Under the pieces are notes generated by a model. The model was not told the DNA's origin. It was given only the letters and a program-made list of their open reading frames with translations, and searched no databases. The position numbers and the translations under genes are program-made. From contig JAWQFM010000022.1 of the NCBI GenBank assembly GCA_033442325.1, positions 993,926 through 1,057,925 of the forward strand: 64,000 nucleotides of DNA, in the 5' to 3' direction. Each line of letters starts with the position of its first letter. The stretch's first letter is position 1. This DNA is from Salpingoeca rosetta (taxonomy: Eukaryota; Protista; Choanoflagellata). Below, piece after piece: positions 15,992 to 29,542 of this stretch.

Positions 15992-18142
15992 TGTCTCCCC
16001 TCTCTTCCCTCTGTGTCCCTGTGTCCCTGCCTGTGTCCCTGCCTCGCTATCACCCTCTCTGTGGTTCATCACACGAATCATATGTTGCTTCTTGGGATCG
16101 CTAACGCTCAAGTTGCTTGCGTCTGCTCTTGCCGTGTCAACTCGTGTGACAACAGAAACGCAGACGGCAAGTATCATTGCCCCGTCACGTTTAAGGTGTT
16201 CAACGAGCACACCCACATCTCCGCCATTGCCACCACGGGTAACGTGTACGCCCATGACGCCATCAAGGAGTTCAACATCAAGGTGGGTGTCGTTGTTGCC
16301 ACGAAGAAAGAGATGGAGGCGGGGGGGGGGCAAGTTTTGTATGCACAGCATGCATGAAACACGTGTGTGCATCCTTCAAACAATGCCGGCATCAAATCCT
16401 GACAACCCCCCCCCCCCACACACACACGCGCGCGCGCAGGCGAAGAACTGGAACGACCTGCTGACGGAGGAGCCGTTTAAGCGGGCGGATATCATCACGC
16501 TGCAGGATCCCATGAACCCGGAGAAGAACAACTTTGCCAACTTTTACTACATCAAGAAGAAGCTGACGTATGGCAAGCAGAAGGCCGATGACGGTCGCTC
16601 CACCGTGCGCTCCGGCAACACAGATACACAGGCCATCCTGGTGCGTGGGCGGGGGAAGGGGAAAAGGTGAAGGCTGGAGGGCGGAAGGGAAGGAAGGCGG
16701 GGCTTGGCACCACCGTTGTGCATGTGTTTTTGTTTGCCCAGCTTGCACTGTTGGTGTCAGATGGGAAAGAGCCAACATGCGCCTGTGCCACCTCACCTCC
16801 CTGTCGTGGGCCGTCAGGACGAGGTTGCAAAGTCGGATATGGTGGCGGCAAACAAGAAGTACTCGTCAGTGCTGAGCTCCGACGCAGCAGCAGACCCACA
16901 GGACAAGGAACACACCGCGCACTTCTCAACAGGTGCGTGTGTGTGTGTGTATGTGTATGTATGTGTGTGAACGAACGCGGGCCATGATATGTCTTGTTCC
17001 TGTGTGATGGCATTTCAGCTGCAATGCCATTGCTTGTCCGCACACACACACACACACGCACACACACACACGCATACACACACACGCTAACACACCACGA
17101 TGTTCGCCACGATGTTCGCCACGATTGCGGCTGCAGGTGAGGTGAGCCGGTCGTTCACCGCGACGCATCTGACCGTTCGCACAAAGAACACCGCTGCATC
17201 CATCGACGACGATGTTGTCCGGTCAGCACTCGCAGCCCCGTTCCTGTGGCGATGATTGCTTGGTGGTTGCATCACGTGTGTTGCTGATGATGATGGCATG
17301 ATTGCAGCTTGTTTCCCCTCATGCTTCACCTCACTCCCGGGTTCTCCTCGTTGTTCCCCTTCGTCATTGTCTCTTTGCACCACATCCATCCGTGCTGCTC
17401 ATGCGGCCAACCCTGCAGATACAAGAACATCAAGGACAAGGCATACGTGCGCCTGCGAACAACGTTCGGAGACATCAACATCGAGGTGCGTGCATCGTGT
17501 GCGCGTGTGCGTCATGTTTTGTGTCAACACTTTGCTTCGACTGCTACATCTCTCCTCAGCACCACCACCCCGTGTGGCTCACACCACCTTGCTCATCGCA
17601 CGATCCCCGTCCCTCCACCAACAGCTGCACTGCGATATTGTGCCGAAGACATGCGACAACTTTCTCCGCCACGTCCGATCTGTACGTGCGGGCAATTTGC
17701 TGGCTCCCCATCATGAGTGTGCATGTGTTGTGCACGCACATTGCAGTACGTCATTGTTTGACATACGTGTGTACGTGCGCGTGCCTCCCATGTCACTCTT
17801 TTTCGCTTCGACAACAGGGCTACTACAACAACACCATCTTCCACCGCAACATCAGAAACTTCATGATCCAGGTGAGCAGGCACGGCTGCATGTGCACGCA
17901 AATTGATGTGCATGCGCATGTGCGCATGGATGGTGTAAACGAAGAAAGTTCTTTCTTGATCGATCGAAGCATGGCGATGTGATTCAACTACTCACGACAC
18001 AACACACAACACACACCACATCCCACCACATCACACCACAACACACACACACACACACACACCACATCCCATCACACACACACAACACACCACATCACAC
18101 CACATCCCACACGCACACACACAACACACACGCACACACACA

Positions 18143-18176
<34 letters not shown>

Positions 18177-18693
18177 ATACGCGTACCAGGGTGGCGACCC
18201 GACGGGCACGGGCCAGGGCGGCGAGTCGGCATTTGGCGGGAAACCATTCAAGGACGAATTCGCGCCAAACCTCAAGCACAAAGGTTGGGCTTGTATGTAT
18301 ATGTGTATGTGCGCGTGTGCATCTGTATGTACGCGTGTGTGTGCGTGTGTGCGTGTTCATACACGTCGTTGCACTTTGTCACAGTTTGAGCGGATTGTGG
18401 GAACCGCTGCTGACATCTCTGTCCGTCTTACGTCCATCCGTGTCTGCTCTCCAAACAAACGGACCTTTGTGTGCACATCAGGACGCGGTGTTGTGAGCAT
18501 GGCCAACAAAGGACCCAACACAAACGGATCACAGGTCCGCGCAGATGTTTGTTCAGCTGTTCTTGCAACCGTGATACCTCAAAGACACTCGCTCGCCATG
18601 TCGCTTGTGTGGTCTGTCCAATTGTTTTGATGTCTGTCGCATGTGCTCTCACTTGAACGTGTTGAATCTGAAATGTCCCGCCTTTTGGTTCCT

Positions 18694-18748
<55 letters not shown>

Positions 18749-19892
18749 CTTCATCACGTATCGGTCATGTCCACATCTTGACCGGAAACACTCTGTGTTT
18801 GGCCAAGTTGTTGGCGGATTTGATGTGCTTCTGGCGATGGAGAGAGCAAAGGTCGATGACGACAACAGGCCAACAGAGGTTCGTGTGCGTTTGTGTGCAT
18901 GTGTGTGTGTGCATGTGTGTGTGTTGTGTGTGTGTGCGTGTGGTTTTTGTGGCTGAAGGATTTCCTTCGTCTGTCCTGTGTTCGCGAGTACGGACTGCTT
19001 GCTGATGCCTCATCCCTTCCCCACGCACGCGCGTCACTCCCTCTGCACTGTTGCCTGCTCCGCGCCACCAGGAGATTAAGATCTTTGACGTGAAGGTCTT
19101 CAAGGATCCGTTCCAGGACCTCGACACCCAGAAGCAGCAGGTCGGTGCAGCGAGCTGTTGTGTGTGAGAGTTAGAGAGAGAGAGTGTGTGTGTGTGTGTG
19201 AGAGAGAGTGTGTGTATGAGTGTGTGTGAGTTTGTGGTGTTTGTGTTATGTGTGTGAGAGAAACACACAGAGAGAGACACAGAAAACGAGAGAGTGTGTG
19301 TATGTGTGTGTGCGCGTGGGCACACAGCAGTTCGCCAGCTGTATTTCGCATGTTCCTCATGTACTCAATTGTATGTGAACAGGAGGCTGCAGCAAAGGCA
19401 GATGAGAAGAAAAAGGAAGAGAAGAAGAAGAAGGAAACGGCTGCTCCAAAGGTGCGCGTGCATGCGTGTGCGTGCGTCAGCATCTCTGCCTGTGACGTGT
19501 GCCATGTTCGCTGAGGTGTGCTCTAGCCACTCTCACGCCCTCCTTCACCTCCTCCTTTCCCTCCTCTGTTAGAAATACCGATCTGGCGTGGGAAAATACA
19601 TTGCACCGTCCGGCAAACGTGAGTGTGCACCTGCCGTAATGGGACGCACCCCTGTCAGAAAGGAACGTGATGTGGCAGGGAGGAAGGGAGGGAGGGAGGC
19701 GTATTAGAGCCACTTTGTGTGCCCTCACTCTTGTCCTGTGGCTTGTGTGTGTGTATGTGTGTGCTCACAGGAGGCGCATCATCATCATCATCGTCATCGT
19801 CATCGTCGTCAACACTGCTGTCCTCGTCCTCTGTTCCATCCTCAAAGAAGTCAAAGCCATCTGGCGGCTTTGGCAACTTTAGCTCGTGGTAA
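15402..19892 (+). CDS. PPIL2: U-box cyclophilin PPIL2 (Cyp60); about 14 exons
   Basis: MGKNQHSKDRLFITASEW; LPFDCCCLSLQP; YHCPVTFKVFN; TLQDP; cyclophilin motifs FHRNIRNFMIQ|GGDPTGTG, SMANKGPNTNGSQ|FFITY and LDRKHSVFG; GVGKYI; C-terminal FGNFSSW*. Confidence 0.95.
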
Positions 19893-20116
19893 ATGTGTGT
19901 GTGTGTGTGTGTGCTTGATGCGTTGTGGGTGGATGTGTGAATGGTGCGTGGATATGTGTGTGTGTGCGTGGATGTGTGGGTGTTTGATGCGTTGTGGATG
20001 TGGTTGTGAACGTGGTTGGCGCGTTTCGCGTTTTGTGTCCGACCACGCCCCCAAAATGGCATAAACCACAAGAAGCAAAAAGCAATAAGCACAACACAAA
20101 AGCACCTGCGATCGCA

Positions 20117-22435
20117 ATGTCACTGTTGTGTCCGTGCGCCAAGTCAGGTGCAGATGACTATGAGGAGAGCGTGGGTGGCCGTGGAGATGTTGGAGGGCCG
20201 TACGCTGCGTCCACCAACACTGGCACCGCTGACACCGCCGTGAACAAGGCTCGAGAAAGGGAGGCGATTGTCGTTCAGCAACCGAGAAGGCAGAGCGCCA
20301 GCGAGGACAAGGACAAAGACGACACGGAAAGGGAAGAAGGTGCCAGCCCTGAGAACCGTGGGAGTGCAACGGCACCCTCCCCCTCACCACCATCGGCCGT
20401 TGGAGACGACACTCAAAAGAACACTGAAGCCGACACTACAAAGGACCCTCCCGCGAAGGACACTGCAGAGGCAGATGACACCACAAAGGACACCGTCACC
20501 AGCGCCGGCATCGACGAGGAGACTGCCAAGGCACTGCGGTCCATGGTGTCCACGTTTGCATCGCCAAGTGCCGTAGGCATGGACCCTCCGCCTACGCCTC
20601 CCGCTTCCCTGCGTCAAACGCTCACTCTCCTCAAGGACAGGACGGCCACCTTTGACAAGGCAAGCGAGGCATGCTCTAAGTTCATCTTCCAGCAATTCCT
20701 CTGGAATGATGACGACGTGGAGACTGAGTACGGCGCAACCTACGTCGACGATGACCTACTTGGTGGCGAGCACGTTGTCGTTGTTGACGAGGAGGGCAAC
20801 GTCGCCTTGCGCTGCTTCCACGTTGAGCCACGAGACAAGGACGTGCTTGTCGTCAGTTATCAGTGGAGCGCCATCGCTGGCACGGAGTTTGAATGGCCGG
20901 GCGGCGAGGCCAAGTGCACCACATGCCGCTTCGCTGGCGGCAACCGCAAGCGGGGAGGTCTCAACCCAGCCATCCTGGGCCCGGGCACGTATTGGGTGGA
21001 CCACTTGTGCTGTGAGCCCATGCCGAAGGGGCTCTGGTCCATCTACAAGAGCTTCTACCTCTACAACACCAACGAGCGCCTTATCGTTGCCACAGCATCT
21101 GCGCTTGCACACAACAGCATCCACCTGTGCAACCTCATTGCCGCGTTGGACCAGGAACAGCTCCAGAGTGCACCTGGCACGGACACTGTCCGCAGCATCA
21201 CGGAGAAGCTCCGGACGGCTGCGGAGCACGAGAGCCGTGGCTGGCTTGTGTGGGAGGAGGCCGCTGCTTCTGCCAGCCACGTCCTCATTATCAACGACGC
21301 TCATGCGGGCGATCCGGGTGACAAGAGTGACGGCGGCCACCTGGCGGTGCTGTACACTGACAGGGCCCACGCGAGCGACAAGGTGGTTGTGCGGCCCATG
21401 AACATGCTCGATGCTGTTCGCCCTCTGATTGGAACGAGCGCGGAGGCCAAGCTCGCAAAGGTGTTGGCCGCGTCCCTGCTGCTGGCAAGTACAGCTCCCG
21501 CGTCTTCTTCTTCGTCTGCGTCTTCGGGCGACAAGGGCATCAGTGCTGCTCCTTCGGCCGAGAAACGAAACGGCATTCCGCGGCCAGTGCTGCTCGCCTT
21601 GACCAACATCGTGCAGGGCATCGTTCGTGCAGGGCGCATGTTCGATGTGTACGACATCTGCAGGGCCAGCTCCATCTTTGGGCTGCAGCAAGACGTCATT
21701 GTTGCCCTCCTGGACAACACGCCCACACACGACTACCTGGATGGCAACCAGCGCACGGCCTTTCCCATCAGCGAGCACAGCTGGATGCCCCCGCTCACGA
21801 TTGTCGCCGGAACTGGAGACGAGGGCAACGGCGTGGAGGCGGACGTGCCTTGCGTAGCAATCGAATTCCCTGGTGTCCCGCCCATCCACTGGCCGCTGCT
21901 GAAGCTGTTGCACGTGATGGACGGTGGCCAGAGCCTCTACACGGCTGCGTCCATTCGCGGGCTCCTCTGCGCCCACAAGACGGACGTGCCAGCCCTCGGC
22001 TGCAAACCATTCGTCGAAGCCGTTGGCGTTGCACCAGATGGCATGCTGCTCCACCTTGTCTTCTTCGTCGACGTCACAGGCGGCGCGCACATGCTGCTGC
22101 CCGTCAAGTTGGTGTGGGAGCTGGAGGCACTGGACACTGACGGGTATGGGACGTGCCTCACTGTGTGCACAGAGCAGTGGGAGCCGGTGCGTCACGCGAT
22201 ATTCCCGCCAATGCCTAATATGGCCGGACTGTGCGGGGTGCTAGCTGGACAGGCGGTGCCTACAGACCGCGAGGCGTACGTGCTCGACTACGTTGACAGG
22301 TCGTGGCGCAGGGACGAGAAGGAACGAAACCCTTCCAGTCCCATGGTCCGAGAGCAGTGGCCAATTGCGCACAAGTGGTGTCTTGACCGCAACATGCCCG
22401 ACGAATTCCATACACAAACGCCCATGGTGGCGTAA
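20117..22435 (+). CDS. Intronless 772-aa protein with a heterokaryon-incompatibility (HET, PF06985-like) domain
   Basis: Single uninterrupted ORF with no microsatellites. Motifs occur in HET order: VVSYQW (~20849-20866), YWVDHLCC (~20990), SFYLY, SRGWLVWEE (~21233-21259), then RASS..QDVIVALL and HSWMP. Confidence 0.65.
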   Translation: MSLLCPCAKSGADDYEESVGGRGDVGGPYAASTNTGTADTAVNKAREREAIVVQQPRRQSASEDKDKDDTEREEGASPENRGSATAPSPSPPSAVGDDTQKNTEADTTKDPPAKDTAEADDTTKDTVTSAGIDEETAKALRSMVSTFASPSAVGMDPPPTPPASLRQTLTLLKDRTATFDKASEACSKFIFQQFLWNDDDVETEYGATYVDDDLLGGEHVVVVDEEGNVALRCFHVEPRDKDVLVVSYQWSAIAGTEFEWPGGEAKCTTCRFAGGNRKRGGLNPAILGPGTYWVDHLCCEPMPKGLWSIYKSFYLYNTNERLIVATASALAHNSIHLCNLIAALDQEQLQSAPGTDTVRSITEKLRTAAEHESRGWLVWEEAAASASHVLIINDAHAGDPGDKSDGGHLAVLYTDRAHASDKVVVRPMNMLDAVRPLIGTSAEAKLAKVLAASLLLASTAPASSSSSASSGDKGISAAPSAEKRNGIPRPVLLALTNIVQGIVRAGRMFDVYDICRASSIFGLQQDVIVALLDNTPTHDYLDGNQRTAFPISEHSWMPPLTIVAGTGDEGNGVEADVPCVAIEFPGVPPIHWPLLKLLHVMDGGQSLYTAASIRGLLCAHKTDVPALGCKPFVEAVGVAPDGMLLHLVFFVDVTGGAHMLLPVKLVWELEALDTDGYGTCLTVCTEQWEPVRHAIFPPMPNMAGLCGVLAGQAVPTDREAYVLDYVDRSWRRDEKERNPSSPMVREQWPIAHKWCLDRNMPDEFHTQTPMVA

Positions 22436-22457
22436 GGGGTTGGGGGTTGGGTTGAAG

Positions 22458-22503
<46 letters not shown>

Positions 22504-22848
22504 CGTGTGCATGTGTTGATGTGTGTGTGAATATGTGGAAGTGCGCACTTCTTTTCTTGCGATGACCAATTATCTTTCCTAACTTGCTAGATACCTCGTG
22601 CTTCTTCCTTATTCATCTGTCACTCCTTCATGACTTACGTACTCTTCAGTCCACTCCACCAACACATGGAGGAGAAATCGCATGTCACACACCCACAACA
22701 ACATACAAACAAGAACACCAAGAACATTAAAAAACTTCCCATGCAACACACAATACGACGCACGTGAAGCCACTGTGATGACTGTAATGTAACACATGAA
22801 ACAACGCCTGCAGCCGCCATCACCCCTGCGTTGTCCGCCTCACTCTGT

Positions 22849-26424
<3,576 letters not shown>

Positions 26425-26528
26425 CGTCTTTGTTGTTTTGGTTTGTTCTGCAAGGACCGCCGGGTGGAAAATTGACGTATATTTTCTACCAATCGCAAAC
26501 AAGAGGGTCAAGTTTTGCTGACACAGAG

Positions 26529-26721
26529 ATGGTGATGAGGATGATCGGGGTGTTGGTGTTGGTTGTGTTGGTTGTGGCGGGCGTGCTGTTCGTGGTTGCT
26601 GCTGGAGGCAGCGAGGGGGAGGTTGGATTCAAACCAACATGCCCACAAGGAGCCAGCCCCACATGCTCTCCGCACAACAAGGTGAGAAGCACGCCTGTCG
26701 TGCACGGCATGTGGAGACGTT

Positions 26722-26780
<59 letters not shown>

Positions 26781-27588
26781 GCAGTCTCATGTGTGATGTG
26801 ACATGTGATCTGAGTGATGTGACAGTGACATGGTACACAATTGCTTTTCACACTCTCACACCCCCCACACACAAACACACAACAAACACCTTTCACACCC
26901 TCACGCACACGCATGTGCATGTCATGGCGGTTAGTGCACACGCTGTCACCACAGTTGCCTGTTCTGTCAGAACTTGGACAACAGTACTTGTGGTGCAAGC
27001 GACTGCATGGTGTGCAAGGAGCCGTACTTCCTCATGGTCAAGTACGTTTGTGTCCACCAGCTCCAAGACCAGCGCTAGCTTATCTTTCTTGGCTCGTACT
27101 GCTTTTGAGTTTGGTTTTGTGTGGCCTTGACACGTGCCGCGTGAATGATGTTGCCACGTTGTTGATTGACGCGAGCATGGCGTTGTTGCTTGTTGCTTGG
27201 CATGTGTAGGTTTTCGGATGGCACTGGCGTGTGTGTGCCGGAAGGTGTGTGAACTAATCCCTGCTTGGACTGTACCTTTTGCCGCATGTGTGAAGGCCAT
27301 GAATTGGTCGTACGTGCTTCGCGCACTGGTTGGTGGTTCCACCTATTGCTGCGCATGCTGTGCTCATTGTCGACCTTTGTTTGCTTTGCTCTGTTCTGCC
27401 GGCCAACAGAGGAAGCATTCATGGAAACTTGTCCACGAAGCAACCCTCGCTGCCGACCAGGGAACAGGTTGGTGGCAATGACGCAGGCCTGGCCATCCAT
27501 TGTGTGGTCTTGTGTGTGGTACACTCACGGGCCTTGATTGCTTGCTCGTGTCAAGCGCACTGCTCTTCACACACATACACACACACAT

Positions 27589-27625
<37 letters not shown>

Positions 27626-28964
27626 AACAAACAAACAAACAAACAAACAAACAAACAAACAAACAAACAAACGAACAAGCACAAACACATACACATGCAT
27701 ACATACCTACACACACCTCATGTACACTTGGTTTTGTGTCTGCTCTGTTGCTTTTTCTTCAGGTGTATGGTTTGCCCCAATGGGTGTATCGAGTGCCAGG
27801 GACAGCAGCTGCTCTGTCTTCCACACGAATGCACAGCTTGTCAAAGCGGCTACACGCTGCACCTCGCCTCTCCCAGTGACAAGACGGGAACATGCACATG
27901 TCAGTGAATGCTCACATGAACACTGTGCTCACGCTTGTTGCTCCTCTGTACATATGCCCTCACACATGCGCTCTAAACTGCAAATGCCCTGACCCCTCTC
28001 CAACACTGCTACCCGTGCGAACCAACCCTTTTCTCACACACACACACACACATACACACATGCACACACATACATACACATGTTCACTTTGCAAACGGCT
28101 TCAGTGCGTGTGCGCTCGTTCAAACCGACGTGTCCCCGCAGCGCACACCCAGCATGCAGCCCCTGGAACCAGTGTGAACGGTGTGCGCCTGGCTGTGCTG
28201 TGTGCCAGAGCAAAGACACCAACATGTGCCACGACCGGGACTGCCTTGTGTGCGAGCACGGGTACAATCTGCGACAGGTGGATCCAGATTCTGGCAAGGG
28301 GATATGCGTGCCCAGCCCCTTGACGCAACTCAAGCTCGCGCATGCAACACACGAGCAGCAGCAACAGCACGGGGCAGACAACGGAGAAGGAAGAGGAGTG
28401 GGCACGGGCGCAGCATCACATGCGGGCGAGCCGAAAATGGTTCGGCTAACGCCAAATGCGGGCAGAGGCGGTCAGGGCGGTCGCAATGATCATGGTGGTA
28501 ACAGTGGTGGTGGTGATTGGTTGGACGGCTGGAACGCAGTTGAGCTGGAGGAAGGTGAGCTGGAAGAACTGTTGGCATCGAAGGACACGCGTGAGAGATT
28601 GGCAAAGTGGCTGGACGGGGTGTTGAGTGCAATGGAGGCAGGGGAGGAGGGGGAGGAAGAGAAATATCGCTACCCTCGTGATATTCATGTCGATGGGGAG
28701 GAAGAGGAGGAGGAAGAGGATGAGGATGGTGTGATGGAGTCATTGCTTGAGTTGAAGGCTGCGCTTGAGTTGTTCAGGTTGATGTCACTGCTTGAGGATG
28801 ACGATATCGCTGATTACGGCGACGAGCTGAGCATGGCAGATATGGACATGTGGCAGCTGTTGAAATGCATTCCACATTTCGTCGTGCTTGTCGTTGTGTA
28901 TGCAATCAAGATGCCCCTGTTCATGTTGATGACAGTTTGGTCCCACCTGCTCTCTCTTGTCTAG
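26529..28964 (+). CDS. Secreted/membrane protein with three furin-like 10-Cys repeats, acidic stalk and C-terminal hydrophobic segment; about 6 exons
   Basis: Signal peptide [26 protein letters not shown]. Phase-consistent exons give three repeats of the form FxxTCP..C.PxNxCxxCxxxCxxCQ..C..[DE]CxxCxxxYxL..GxC. The end is hydrophobic: FVVLVVVYAIKMPLFMLMTVWSHLLSLV*. Confidence 0.75.
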
Positions 28965-29427
28965 CTGCATGTATGCGCGCGCGTGGTGTGTGTGTGTGTG
29001 TGCACGTGTGTGGTTGTTAAGTTCTAATTTCAATGCTAACGGGAATAAACGACTTGTATTGGCATCACGCTCGCAGCGATGAGAGGGAGACGCAGAGAGA
29101 AAGCGAGAGCATTTTTCACGAGCTTGAAAAGCTTTATCACAAATGGCATAACAATACGGGCAGCACTGCGTGCAGATGCACAAATGCCATGCATAGCGCG
29201 TGCTGTGTGTTGGGGGAACGAAAAAGAAAGCAGACACCAAACATAACTTGCGAGGAGACAGCGGTGTATGCACATGGAGGAGGGAACGTGGTCTGAATCA
29301 TTCATCACCCACGAGTACATGTGGTTGTACCTCAGAGAGTGCAGTCCATCAGAGTGGGAGTGGTGGCAATATCAAATGTAACCAATCTTGCACACGTGCA
29401 AACAAGTGCAAGTGAAGATTCGGCGTT

Positions 29428-29428
29428 G

Positions 29429-29508
<80 letters not shown>

Positions 29509-29541
29509 GTCATCATCATCGTCATCATCATCATCATCATT
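29428..29541. repeat. (TCA)n/(TGA)n trinucleotide tract immediately after the kinase stop codon
   Basis: Seen directly. Confidence 0.9.
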
Positions 29542-29542
29542 A

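Noticed and set aside
17248-17300. Intronic C/D snoRNA candidate (ATGA...CTGA)
   Set aside because: Box C is imperfect, the spacing is too short, and there is no terminal stem or recognisable guide.
20756-22195. 479-aa antisense ORF
   Set aside because: Shadow of the GC3-rich sense ORF, with no recognisable motifs.
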